64,000 bases of DNA from Eledone cirrhosa (GCA_964016885.1 OZ024743.1:294252001-294316000), one strand, 5' to 3'. Positions 12,601-25,475 are shown, numbered from the stretch's first letter. Notes: generated from the letters alone by a model not told the origin. Program-made: numbers and translations.

Positions 12601-12939
12601 AACAACAACAACAACAACAATAATAATAATAAAAGTGATGTTGATGTTGATTATTACTGAAGAATTTTTATAAAAACCATAGAAAATGCTATTTTCATCA
12701 TTTCTAGAAATAGCAAAACAATTGATGCTTTGGATAGGGTCAAATAGAAGTCATTAGACATGCTCAACCAATCATGACGCCAATCAGCTTTAGTAATCTA
12801 GTGAAACCACACACCGATTGGTCGAAATACAGTTTGCAAAACTTAGCATTCTGTAGCCCCTTTTTACTGTAAAAAGGCACAGATCTTAGCCATCTCATTA
12901 CAGTTGAAAATTACAAACTTGACTGTCACCACTGATTAT

Positions 12940-12976
12940 GACCCTGAAGATTGCGAAAGCATGAAAGTACTTGTTC
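12940..12976 (+). ncRNA. Minimal type I hammerhead in the Neptune 3' pLTR
   Basis: GACC CTGAAGA TTGC-gaaa-GCAT GAAA GTAC TT GTTC. Palindromic stem III (AAGTACTT) is typical of dimer-dependent PLE hammerheads. Confidence 0.8.
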
Positions 12977-14023
12977 AATAACATTTAACATTTAATATTC
13001 TACCATACTATTTCATTATAATATCATTATAATTTTAAAGGATTGTATATAAAACGAGTAAATCACACAAAGTTGGAATTCCTTTTATTAATATATACAT
13101 ATATATATATATATATAATATATAAGAACAAAAGATGGTTAAAAGAGTTCCATGTATTTTATTATGCGCATTGCAAAAACAAATACCATCATGCAACAAC
13201 ACCTGTGCCTTCATCAGACAAAACAGGAAGACATGACATGAAGGTCAAAAAACACCCGTGGATAGTGCAGTCCTAAATCAACATATAAAAAGTAGTTTTA
13301 GATTGATGTGTGATATTGGGAAAAATATTTATTTTGAGGGGGGTGGAAAGGATGAAAAAGAGCAGGAGATGAGAGTAAAAAGTGGAGAGGGAGGAGTATA
13401 ATGAGGAAGGATGAGATAGGAGGAGAGATGGTGATAGAGAGAGAGAGATAGCTTTTATAACTGAGAAAGATATATTGTTTTACATAGAGAGGTTGAAAAC
13501 CGTTGGAAGATAATGTATAAATTAAAAGAATTTGAAAATTAACGAAGAGAAAGATAATGTAAAGTTAAGGTTTGTATATTTAAGGGTTTAATAATATGTG
13601 CGATGAAAAGAAAATGTTAATATGTATTAAGAATAATATTTAAGGGTTTAATAATATGTGCGATGGAAAGAAAATGTTGATATGTATTATTAAAAAGAAC
13701 AACAGGTAATTTAAGTAAGGATATATTGTGAGATGAGCATGAATAAGTTAGATGAAAGGGAGAAAAGAATAATGAATTGAGGATGAATAATCTAACGTCA
13801 AAAAAATGTTTATGTTTACGAAGGATTTTTACAAGGTGATATAGAGTAAGAATGTATTGTGTTATGTAATAATTGTTTCTATGTTAGGCAACAGTGAGAA
13901 AAGGTACAGATTAGGGGTTAGACATGTTCTTATATATTATGTATACTCCAGTCCTACAAACTGTAGAGTGCTTCTTATCCGATATCTGCATTGCTTTATT
14001 GTACTACAATAAAACTCACCTCC

Positions 14024-14104
<81 letters not shown>

Positions 14105-14133
14105 ATATTTGTGTGTGTGTCTAGATATATATG

Positions 14134-14197
<64 letters not shown>

Positions 14198-14732
14198 GAT
14201 TGATATATTATTGGTGGTCTTTTATCTATAATCATATGTTGAAACACTAACTGAATAAGCGTGCAATATAAACACAGAAAAATAATATTTGCCGGAGACT
14301 AAGTGATTTCAACTGTAATAACCATCGGCGACTGTAATAAAAATGTTCAGGCATTTCGTAAAGCGGTAACGTTGAAGTTACTGAAAAATAATGTGCACAC
14401 ACACACAATGAATATATATCTGTATACACACAGAGTGGGTAACCGAGACGACATCAAACTGTATAATATAAATATATACATTTTTAATATGTAGGCATGT
14501 TAACATGCTGGAATATAAGAATTACCCTGTAAAGTGAAAAAATAATAAACACCTTTATTCGATTTTGCTTTACTAAACATACACGTGCGTCTCTCCTTTT
14601 ATGTCTCATATTTTTTATATTCTCCGGGAATGTATCATATTTCTAATAGATGCACGCTTATACATGTATACAGAAGAATATTACTGTCACCAATGGACAC
14701 TCGAAAAATGGAAATTACTGATTTATACACAC

Positions 14733-14950
14733 TAATTGTTTCTACTTTAGGCACAAGGCCAGAATTTGAAGGGAATGTGAAAGTCTATTGAATCAACCCT
14801 AGTGCATTACTGGTGTTTTATTTTATCGACCTTGTAAGGATGAAAAGCAAAGCTAGCCTCGGCGGGATTTGAACTGAGAACGTAAAGGGCCGTATTTCTA
14901 TGCTGTGAAGCAGGTTGCCGATGTTCTACCGATACTGCCCACCCACCGTC
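14733..14950 (-). mobile_element. SINE family 1
   Basis: Reverse-complement homolog of 3547-3740. Confidence 0.8.
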
Positions 14951-16671
14951 CTTTTATATACTCTAATAATGTCAGATGTTAAAACCAGAATATATTAAGT
15001 ATTGAATTCCTGTCTTTCTGTGTGTAATTATTGTACAGTATAGGCAATTATACTATCAAATATTTTTAAATTTATTCCTATCTATTAAGCACTTTGCTAC
15101 AGATTTGGATGTTGAAATATCTTTCGGTGTATTGATTCATTAAAAAACTTAGCACATATAATGTCTATGTTATAAGTATATTTATTTGTATAAACTGGAA
15201 ATAACACTTTATTGTAAAGTTATGCCAAATTGACATATTTAAATTCTAGATATTTTAGCTATTTACAGTATATTTCGATTCAGTCTTACGGAATGGGTGG
15301 TGGGTATGAAACCAGAAGATTTTTCCCTTTAAGTGTATTCATGTTTCTCACCGATGACAGTCACTCATGAATGCATATTTATATAAACGTGTTCACTGAA
15401 ATCATGAATTATGGCTGTAGAAAATATATATACATATTTTCGAATATATTTTTATATTTCGACTATATTTTCTTTCTCATTTCTGGAGGCCTATGAAAGC
15501 AATGGTCAATGCTTCTTTTTCTAAACTTACCATATAAAAGAAATTTGATCATTCTATGCCATCGAGTCTTTTGATCGCAAACTGTATGTGGAAGATAAAC
15601 TATTTCTCCACCATAGGATGATATACAGGAGCGGGCATTGATTGAATGAAGCAAAATAAAGATGGTTAAGTAATGTACAAAATAATGTCCCTACGTCTTC
15701 CGTCATAGTCACAACAGTTTAAGTTCAGATGCACAAACATAGAAATATAAACGAGAAAAATAGAAAGAAGAAACAGAAGAGTAAAAAAGTAAACGAAAAG
15801 AAAAATATCCTACATAGCCAGGCTAGAGCACTGTAGGCAACTGTCTTCCCTAATAATTTGATAAGGAAATATCGATTTATAAGGAAATCTTGTTTGATAA
15901 GAACTGCTGTCATTTCATTGATGCTATGGAAACAGAAGAGCTTAGCGGGTGAAACAAATATACATAATATTAGATTTGAAAAGTATGACAACTATATGAC
16001 CAATCAAACAATCAGTCAAACTCCAGGCACAGCAACCAGTCAAAACACTCAGTCATCAAAACCAACCAACAAACTGACTGAGCAACCATACACCATCCAG
16101 CCAGCTGGTCTGCCAACTAAACGAAAAATATTTCAGTCCCAGTAGTTAGAAAATTAAGGAATACAGTTCAGAAATTGTCTGACAGTAACAAATGCTAAAT
16201 ACATGCGTACGTACAAGAATTTATACATAAAAACGCACATATATGCATACATATATACATGCATGTTTACTTATATACATGAATATATACATGCATACAT
16301 ACGGAATGAATATATGCACACATCTACATACGTACATATGATACTCATATATAAATATATATACACACAAAACTGGCACAAACATACATAAAGAGCAGTC
16401 AAAAGTGGCGTGTGTGTATGCTTATGTGTGTGTGTTTACATGTGTGTGGTTTTGTACAAATATGTTAAAGCGAAGCATCTCGACATTCTGCCGTGTAAGA
16501 TCGCAGTTGAACCCTCAGCCCACCAAGATCTATAAATGAGGACGACAATGTCAAACTACCTCATGCATCAATGGCCAACCAAAGAAAGAGGGCTATAGAA
16601 GGTCTAGCAACGGTGACGGTGCTCCAGTATGGGCCCAGACTGTCGGTTGAAAGTGTTGAAATTAAAAGCAA

Positions 16672-16725
<54 letters not shown>

Positions 16726-16740
16726 TTATATATATATATA

Positions 16741-17003
16741 TCACGATAAATTAACGGAGCCATAGACTCTCGCCATTCCCTGTAAACAATGTGGTCAAAG
16801 GAGAGGAAATCCTGAGCTCTTTAAAATACAATATGTTGAAAAGGTAACACACTAGAGAGAGATACAGTGCGCTATCAATAGAACAGGGAAAAATCACCAG
16901 TGTATAGACCGTATGTTATAGATTCCATACACTGGTGGTTTTTCCCTGTTTTATTGATAGCGCACTGTATCTCTCTCTAGTGTGTTACCTTTTCAACATA
17001 TTG

Positions 17004-17010
<7 letters not shown>
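16741..17010. mobile_element. Family J fold-back element (tail + ~84 bp inverted repeat) in (TA)n
   Basis: 16822-16905 pairs with 16927-17010; the left arm carries an extra ~80 bp; TA tracts on both sides. Confidence 0.7.
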
Positions 17011-17059
<49 letters not shown>

Positions 17060-17060
17060 T

Positions 17061-17216
17061 CTGCAGAAGATCCCGTTAAGGGTGAAAGCAGCGATTCTTT
17101 GTTTAAAGTTTAATCTGCTATTTTAATATATATTTGCTCCAGGGTTCTTATATATTTGATATCAATTTATCCTTATCGAGCCCTCTTGGGATTTTAGGCT
17201 TCACATTTATTATTAT

Positions 17217-17221
<5 letters not shown>
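17061..17221 (+). mobile_element. Family B short element beginning at the ribozyme core
   Basis: CAGAAGATCCCGTTAAGGGTGAAAGCAGCGATTC followed by a tail shared with 57720-57880. Confidence 0.75.
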
Positions 17222-17278
<57 letters not shown>

Positions 17279-17432
17279 ACAAATATGTGGATGTGTGCTT
17301 AAATATGCATATAAATATGCGTGTGTTTCTTTAAAGATATATGCACACATACATAAACACACACACACGCAGCCACATATATATATGAATATATACAGAT
17401 TGATATATAAACATGACTTTATATATATATAT

Positions 17433-17633
17433 ATAACGAAGGATGTGTGGTAAGGAACCAGATGGACCATAACGCACCAGAGTACTCAATACTTAGGGTA
17501 ATAGAGTGGGTAATAGGAAAATGTTTGACCCCGATGGCAGAGCTCAAGCCGTTTTGACGGCTATTTCTGGACTCAATAGTCCAGAAATAGTCGTCGAAAC
17601 GGCTTAAGCTCTGCCGTCGGGGTCAAACAATTT

Positions 17634-17638
<5 letters not shown>
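17433..17638. mobile_element. Family E fold-back element
   Basis: Same tail and arms as 5385-5585 but a different loop (GGACT-caat-AGTCC). Confidence 0.85.
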
Positions 17639-17674
<36 letters not shown>

Positions 17675-17715
17675 AAATAAACAAGTCAAATGTTTAAAAT
17701 TTAGCCTCGTTTATT

Positions 17716-17770
17716 ACTGCTATATATATTTCGGTGACAGCCATCTTTGGCTGTGACCTCTTCAGGCAGT
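17716..17770 (-). ncRNA. Type I hammerhead ribozyme, family C (canonical)
   Basis: Minus strand: ACTGC CTGAAGA GGTCACAGCCA-aaga-TGGCTGTCACC GAAA TATATA TA GCAGT. Confidence 0.85.
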
Positions 17771-18125
17771 CAAGTGGTATAGACAAGTACATATGTTGTT
17801 GAGGTGTATAACTTTGTCAATACTCTGATATGCCCTGTTCCTGGTTGGGTTGTTATTTCACTGGGGAACTGGAATCATATCTATATATGTACGTCATGAT
17901 ACAATAAAGAGATATTCTAGTGGACTTTTGAATTAATTAAAACCTTTGGTAATGCTAGAGAAATTTTAAGAAGACAGGACAAGCGGTTACACGAAGAGGA
18001 TGTAGAATTATTGTCATAAGAAATATCTTAACTGCCTACATTTCATATATATATATATATATTACATATATATATATATATATATATACATGCACACACA
18101 CACACCCATGCACACATACACACAC

Positions 18126-18200
<75 letters not shown>

Positions 18201-18204
<4 letters not shown>

Positions 18205-19335
18205 TTACAATAATCAAAGTTCAGTTTAAATCATTTATTTGCTTACAATTGCTTCCTCCAAACCGAGGTTTGGATTCTTCGGAGCAACTATTTAGTGATC
18301 TATAACATACTTGACCTCCTTTTCAACACAAGAGACATATAAAAACATATGCATATATTGCCCCACAGTGGGATGACATCCATCATAATGATATAGCATG
18401 GCAATTTACATATAAAGGTTAAAGGATAAAAATAAAAATAAAAATAAAAATAAAACATTGGCAGTTTATGAAGATAAAGCAAGAGGAAAGTTTAGAGTAG
18501 TCAGTGTATGAAACAATCTCACGTGTAGCATGCACGCGTGTCTTATTTATACAGGATTAGAGTGCGGCAGATTGTTACTTGTAGGATCAGGCAGTTAAAG
18601 CAGGCAATCAATAGTATTATGTGGGCTGTATTGTTAAACCATTTTTTCGCATACACCTGTATGATATACAATCCCGAATGTAGAGAAACACCAAAATATT
18701 AAAAATATCAAAAATATTATAAAACATATTATAACATAGGCAAAACAGCACCACTGTCTTCGCACACACCACCACTCACATAATCTATGAAACGCAATAT
18801 ATATACTACAGGTCTATCACACAATCCACGATGATTCAGCATAGAACCAAGTTATAAACCATATCTTGTCGATTCTTAATTAATATAATGTCATCTCACA
18901 AAATTAAACAACATGATCTATTAATTAAGAATCGACAAGATATGGTTTATATGGTTTATATGGTTTATAACTTGGTTCTATGCCATGCTATATCATTATG
19001 ATGGATGTCATCCCACTGTGGGTCAATATATGCATATGTTTTTATATGTCTCTTGTGTTGAAAAGGAGGTCAAGTATGTTATAGATCACTAAATAGTTGC
19101 TTCGAAGAAACCAAACCTCGGTTTGGAGGAAACAATTGTAAGCAAATAAATGATTTAAACTGAACTTTGATTATTGTAATCTCTATATAACTGCTCTGTA
19201 AAACAACTGATGTTATTACATTGAGCTATTTATCTTACTGGTAATAAGATAGTAATGAATGACTATGTTTCACTATTTGGGGTTTGTATATAAAACATAT
19301 ATAACCATAAAAGGTTTTATTATATACATAACCAT
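18201..19335 (+). mobile_element. Family F HHR element with 5' inverted copy and tail
   Basis: 18201-18403 is an inverted copy of 18981-19183. Relatives at 30505-30735 (+) and 54155-54400 (-). Confidence 0.85.
19097..19145 (+). ncRNA. Type I hammerhead, family F (U4C lineage; this copy TCGAAGA)
   Basis: TTGCT TCGAAGA AACCAAAC-ctcg-GTTTGGAG GAAA CAATTG TA AGCAA. The inverted copy 18239-18287 has CCGAAGA. Confidence 0.65.
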
Positions 19336-19487
19336 AAATAGTATCCTTAATACTATATATATATATATATACTATAGTAATAATAATAAATTTGAAGACT
19401 AAAATCCAAAAAGGGCATCTTCCTGTCTTCCTCCGGTTGCAACGTTTTTTGAAATATTCCCTTCTGCGTTCACAGATTGACTCTGTT

Positions 19488-19538
19488 AGTTTCAGAAGAT
19501 CCCGTTAAGGGTGAAAACAGCGATTCTTTGCTTAAACT
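19488..19538 (+). ncRNA. Hammerhead-like ribozyme, family B (U4A core)
   Basis: AGTTT CAGAAGA TCCC-gttaa-GGGT GAAA ACAG...TTGC TT AAACT. An inverted tail copy lies at 19373-19408. Confidence 0.6.
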
Positions 19539-19565
19539 TTACTCTGTTATTTTAATAAGTATATA

Positions 19566-19610
<45 letters not shown>

Positions 19611-20204
19611 CATGTTTGTATGTCTGTATTTGTACGCATAGGTATATAAACATATCTTTATATGTATGTGTGTGTATATATACGTGTATGTATATACGTA
19701 GATGTGTATGAGTGTGTTTTTTGTTTAGTTTTGGAGCAACAATTTAATTTCGCAGTAAAGAGAAAACATTATTCGTAATAGCTGAATCTACCAAATTTGC
19801 CAAAGGGCATTACAAGGTTATATCTACAAAATAAATCATGATAACGAAATCACATATTAACAATGTATATGTGTATGGTCGCCGTTCAATGCTTTTAGTA
19901 ATTTTCTCGTGGACAGAATCTACTGGACTGTTGATACAGCCATCTAATGGAAATGTCTATGGTTTATTATATTAGCTAGCTTACCGTATTATTTTACATT
20001 GCTTGGCTCTGAAATGTAGGCAGTTAAGATATTTCTTATGACAATAATTCTACATCCTCTTCGTGTAACCGTTTGTCCTGTCTTCTTAAAATTTCTCTAG
20101 CATTACCAAAGGTTTTAATTAATTCAAAAGTTCACTAGAATATCTCTTTATTGTATCGTGACGTACAATATCTAATCATGGTTTGCTGTGTCGCAATGAG
20201 GTGT

Positions 20205-20286
<82 letters not shown>

Positions 20287-20311
20287 CAGTAGTAGTAGCA
20301 GCAGTAGTAGC

Positions 20312-20362
<51 letters not shown>
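20205..20362 (+). repeat. (TAG)n microsatellite
   Basis: Direct reading. Confidence 0.98.
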
Positions 20363-20363
<1 letters not shown>

Positions 20364-20839
20364 TAGATGTTGCTGTGGTTGTATTAGTCCAACTATTAAT
20401 TACCAGTTCATCCAAATGATTGAGGGATCGAGTGTTCTTCTTTAGAATTGGTATTGGACTAGATTGAGAGATCTGCCGGAATACCTTTAAGTAGATCCCC
20501 AGCCTAACATATTCAACTCAAATTCCACTACTTGACATGGCAAGAATCTAGTAGATACGGTGGAATGATTAAGAAATTCGCTTTGCAATCATGAGGACTC
20601 AGGTTCGACCTCAATGCATAGCATCTTGGGTGTGTTTACCATAGCTTTATCACAGATGGAAACTGTGCAGAAGACAGTTGGATGGATTGTATGAATGCCT
20701 GCCTGCCTGACTGTCTGTGTGTATGTATGTGAGTACGTAATTCCGTCCGTACGTATGTATGTATGTATGTATGTATGTATGTATGTATGTATGTATGTAT
20801 GTATGTATGTATGTATGTATGTATGTATGTATGTATTAT

Positions 20840-21447
20840 GTCAGGTCACCAGTTGGTGCTACTGGTAACATGTATCCCAGTACAACCTGTCCCATGGTCG
20901 GGTCGTTGGCGACTAAACTGGCAACCCCACCAAGGTTTCTTGGTGAGGAGGGTGACTTTGGACATCCTGCAGGACTAAAAACAAAACCTGTCAAGGGCAA
21001 AGGAGCTCTTAAGAGTCAATGGCCATCAAAAATCACCGGGAGAGATGACCCCTTAGCCTTTGTCAAGGCAGAATTCTAGGAGAAGGAAAACTCTGATATA
21101 ACACCTGCAACCCTGATGGTATCCAATGATGTTGACTTGTTCTTCTTTTTGGTAAATATCATCTTGGTTAAGAGAGTGGGACTGGCTTTGTGCAGTGCCT
21201 TTGCTCACTATAAAAGCTTCACGGCACAGGCATTGCTTTATATCTGGAGATCTCTCTGCACTTGTCGTCACATGGTACCATGGGCCCAGCACTATGTGTC
21301 AGTAATTGTCACAAGTGTAGTGTTTGTACCAGAGTTTTCAAGTCGCTGGCTGGACTAAAAAGTCACACTCGTTCAGCGCATCGGTAGGGGTTCTCCTACA
21401 TGGATATAAAGTAGTGGCCGTACTCGAAAACGAGTTGGCAGCCACCA
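20840..21447 (+). mobile_element. Non-autonomous RTE-derived bipartite retroposon in (ATGT)n
   Basis: RTE 5'UTR-type motif CTAGGAGAAGGAAAACTCTGA (21076-21096). The 3' part encodes a terminal C2H2 finger CSVCTRVFKSLAGLKSHTRSAHR* (21316-21387). (ATGT)n tail. Confidence 0.75.
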
Positions 21448-21475
21448 TGTATGTATGTATGTATGTATGTACGTT

Positions 21476-21914
21476 ATCTCTTTCTCTTAATTTCGAGTAC
21501 ATTTTTTTGACCGGCCACCTTCCTGGTGGCAAGGTTGTAAAAGAAAAGAAATTGTCATTCCTTGAATCGCAAGAATGTTTTGCAAATTTTGAAGGTGCCA
21601 GCTATCGCAGCCATTTGTAGACTATGAATTAGGGAGCCGCGCTTTTTGTCCGCAAATCCAAGTTCAGTCATACTTTGGTCCAAGCGGGTTGGTATATAAC
21701 CCGTAGCTCCAATAATGATGGGTATGAAGCTAAAGGTGTATCTTGGATACTGGATTTGTAAACTCCTCATCAATGGTCCGTAGATGTCCTCCTTCTGTAT
21801 TTTTCTGACAACGTTTACATCAAGTGGGCAGCTGATCTCCACAACAGAACACGTTTTCAATGTGTGGTCTCAAACAACAATATCAGGCCGGCTGTGCTTT
21901 AATTTGGTGGCAGT
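21476..21914 (-). mobile_element. Dong/R4-clade non-LTR retrotransposon 3' end (restriction-like endonuclease)
   Basis: Minus strand reads TATKLKHSRPDIVV*DHTLKTCSVVEISCPLDVNV..K..IYGPL...PIIIGATG...KICKTFL. Flanked by (TACA)n. Confidence 0.8.
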
Positions 21915-22517
21915 ATGTATGTATGTATGTATGTATGTATGTATGTATGTATGTATGTATGTATGTATGTATGTATGTATGTATGTATGTATGTATGTAT
22001 GTTTGTATGTATGTATGGTATGTTACAGGTTCGTGTGGCTGGCCGTAACCTAAAAGTGCACCATTTTCTGTAATCTGACATTCGATTGCAATACTCTTTA
22101 GCAGAGTTTTCAGCCATCATGTATGTATGAATGTATGTATGTGTAGAGATATGCATTTAAATATCATTGGTTAATCTGTTGTGTAAACTTGTTTTCTGAA
22201 TTTTAATAGCATCGAGGCCTACTACTTTGCCTGTTCTCACTTCAGCGTCAGTAAAATAATGTAGAAGTCATATACTGTGGTATATAACCCTCTACAAAAT
22301 ATTGCTCAATTTTAACTGAATTTGAAATCCTTATTAGTCAGAGAAATAATCCATTCCTGAGTTAGTTTAGTAACTAGATGGTTATTTAATTGTCAAAGCA
22401 CTTTCTTCACATCTACGGTGACATTATTAATGACTAGACTTACTCATCTGTGTCTGCTCTTCGTTTTAATTTTGTGATATTTACTAAATTAAAAGGAGGA
22501 ATGTAATAGTTATCTAA

Positions 22518-22694
22518 ATAATTGTTTCTAGTTTCGGCACAAGGCCATCAATTACCCTAGTGCATTACTGGTACTTTATTTCATCGAACCCGTAAGGATG
22601 AAAGGCAAAGCTAACATCGGCGGGATTTGAACTCAGACCGAAAAGGGCTGTAACTCTATGCTGCGAAGCATGGCGTCCGACGCTCTACCAATAC
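22518..22694 (-). mobile_element. SINE family 1
   Basis: Reverse-complement homolog of 3547-3740. Confidence 0.8.
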
Positions 22695-22776
22695 AATAAT
22701 AAAACCGAGGCAAATTTGAACTGGTGCATGCTTTTTATTATTGGCAGCATGACCTTCCAAATTCATAACTGTTTAG

Positions 22777-22823
<47 letters not shown>

Positions 22824-23137
22824 TATATATATATATGTATAAACATCTACATGTATATATGTATATATATATGTACATGTTTATACATATATATATATAC
22901 ATAAACATATATACATATATATGTTTATACATATATACATACGTACATACATATATGTATACAGACGTACAGTAGTATGTATATATATATACATACATGC
23001 ACACATATATATATGTACGTATGGATTCACCGAACATTTATTATAATGCTCGGTGTGTTTGTAAACAAACATCCCGAATTAAGTTGTACAGTGTCTAGCA
23101 ACCATCGTTGCTCATTTGTTCAACACTGACAAAAGAA

Positions 23138-23178
23138 CGCTGTACTAGTTTCATGCTTATTAGCTATCTTCAGTAACG
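23138..23178 (-). ncRNA. Minimal type I hammerhead, family G
   Basis: Minus strand: CGTTA CTGAAGA TAGCT-aata-AGCAT GAAA CTAG TA CAGCG, inside a family G copy at ~22955-23195. Confidence 0.75.
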
Positions 23179-23210
23179 TATACCTTCCTGCCAGATATAT
23201 ATATAGATAT

Positions 23211-23621
23211 ATGGTCGCTGCCAACTCGTTTTCGAGTACGGCCACTACTTTATATCTATGTAGGAGAAGCCCTACCGATGCACTAAGCAAATGTGACCTT
23301 ATAGTCCAGCCAGCGACTTGAAAACTCTGGTACAAACACTACACCTGTGACAATTATTGACACCTAATGCTGGCCCATGGCACCATGTGACGACAAGTGC
23401 AGAGAGATCTCCAGATATAAAGCAATGCCTGTGTCGTGAAGCTTTTATAGTGAACAAAGGCACTGCACAAAGCCAGTCCCACTCTCTTAACCAAGATGAT
23501 ATTTACAAAAAGAAGAACAAGTCAATATCATCGTATACCATCAGGGTTTCAGGTGTTATATTAGAGTTTTCCTTCTCCTAGAATTCTGCCTTGACAAAGG
23601 CTAAGGGGTCATCTCTTCGGG
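23211..23621 (-). mobile_element. RTE-derived bipartite retroposon, 5'-truncated copy
   Basis: Reverse-complement homolog of ~21035-21447. Confidence 0.85.
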
Positions 23622-23671
23622 ATATATATATATATATACATACATACATACACATATATATATATATACAT

Positions 23672-24286
23672 AGTGGCTGCCAACTCGTTTTCGCGTACGG
23701 CCACTACTTTATATCCATGTAGGAGACCCCCACCGATGCGCTGAAAGAGTGTAACTTTTTAGTCCAGCCAGCGACTTGAAAACTCTGGTACAAACACTAC
23801 ACTTGTGACAATTATTGACACATAGTGCCGGGCCCATGGTACCATGTAACGACAAGTGCAGAGAGATCTCCAGATATAAAGCAATGCCTGTGCCGTGAAG
23901 CGTTTATAGTGAGCAAAGGCACTGCACAAAGCCAGTCCCACTCTCTTAACCAAGATGATATTTACCAAAACGAATAACAAGTCAACATCATTGGATACCA
24001 TCAGGGCTGCAGATGTTATATCAGAGTTTTCCTTCTCCTAGAATTCTGGTTTGACAAAGGCTAAGGGGTCATCTCTCCCGGTGAGTTTGGATGGCCATTG
24101 ACTCTTAAGAGCTCCTTTGCCCTTTGACCTTTGACATGTTTTGTTTTTAGTCCTGCAGGATGTCCAAAGTCACCCTCCTCACCAAGAAACCTTGATGAGG
24201 TTGCCAGTTTAGTCGCCAACGACTCGACCATGAGACAGGTTGTACTGGGATACATGTTACCAGTAACACCAACTGGTGACCTGGCA
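23672..24286 (-). mobile_element. RTE-derived bipartite retroposon, full copy
   Basis: Reverse-complement homolog of 20840-21447. Confidence 0.85.
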
Positions 24287-24301
24287 ATATACATACATAC
24301 A

Positions 24302-24360
<59 letters not shown>

Positions 24361-24657
24361 GTATATATACATTTAAATTGTAACGGACGGAAGGAAAATT
24401 ATTCAATACCGGATCTAGATTGCAAATAATTCAATTTTGTTAACCTGTGTCTCCAACCAGCCATTTCAAATAATCAATATGTAACTGAATGAAGATACAG
24501 GCGGTCATATCTTCTCAGAACAGACAGTTCTAGTCAGTTATGTTCCTGGTACCCGTAGTAAATAATGTATGTACATTCACTCACAAAATCTCTCTCTCGC
24601 TTACACACCTACGCACGCACTCACGCGCACATAGGCACCCCCCACACACACACACAT

Positions 24658-24733
<76 letters not shown>

Positions 24734-25127
24734 GTACTTAGTATATGTGCATGTGTGTATACATACAGACATACAAACATGCATACATGGTTCCGTAACA
24801 CCTTAGGGGATTGTAGGGGCACCGTAATGACATACGGCATGTCTAGGACATTGTCTCACCAGGTATGAATATAATAGATCTCTTCCAGAGAAGGATAGAG
24901 AATGAGAGAATGGAAGAGAGAAAGAGGTATAGAGGAAGAATGAAGACCAGTACTAGATTGGCACTTTTTTATCACCTCGAATGAATGAAAGGTAAAGTTG
25001 ACCTCGACAGTATTTGAACTCGAGAGGCGAAATGAATACCGTCAAGCATTCTATCCAACGTTTTAACGACTCTGCCAGTCTGCTCTCACACATAGATACA
25101 TACATACATAGATACATACATAAATAC

Positions 25128-25475
25128 AAATCTTGAGAAGCTAGGCTTCACAGGAACAGAAAGAACACAACTAGTTAGGAAATTACAAGTACAATCCATT
25201 AATGGAACAGTAAAAATATGTAAAACATTCCAAAAGTTTTGCATCTAATAACTGCATATACACATGTACAGATACAAAGCATATACACATGCACACATAC
25301 AACTCAAAACATCCACATCCACACATCCAATAACATCCATATCTACACATGCATACATACATATCTACCTAGTTAATGTTGTGTAAATTCCAATGAGAGA
25401 GTCTTGTGTCGATGTTAGAAACCGACTCTCTCTCTATTGGTAAAACGTTGTGAAATTATAAAACCAGAAGAATAT
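25128..25475 (+). mobile_element. Dong/R4-clade LINE 3' end
   Basis: NLEKLGFTGTERTQLVRKLQVQSINGTVKICKTFQKFCI* is homologous to the end of ORF 21555-21860. Adjacent to TACA repeats. Confidence 0.7.

Larger units (their letters stand above)
9455..13095 (+). mobile_element. Neptune-type Penelope-like element, decayed, with 5' inverted pLTR
   Basis: Fragmented + ORFs read INLSKRDL..LSKGLKFTPTP, KQADKGGAIVIMD, GLPTIHK, SFDVVSLYTNI, MGTKFVPVYAN, RYLDDCF, LPFLDI, CNDSRCGT(Y) and NLIY..CPNC..LYVSQTG. 9455-10153 is an inverted copy of 12362-13095. Confidence 0.93.
17891..20166. repeat. ~155 bp inverted repeat pair enclosing nested insertions
   Basis: 17891-18044 is reverse-complementary to 20010-20164 with few mismatches. 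Confidence 0.85.

Noticed and set aside
13150-13230. Minus-strand TTTTGTCTGATGA (also TTTTGTCTGAGGA at ~56990) as hammerheads
   Set aside because: No properly placed GAAA or stem II closure; too degenerate to call.
15463-15710. Possible minus-strand host exon ending in G/GTAAGT near 15530
   Set aside because: No good acceptor, upstream stops and no recognisable protein motif.
19925-20027. ACTG...AGCCA...TGGCT..GAAA...CAGT hammerhead-like layout
   Set aside because: The core reads TTGATAC and the NUH site is missing.
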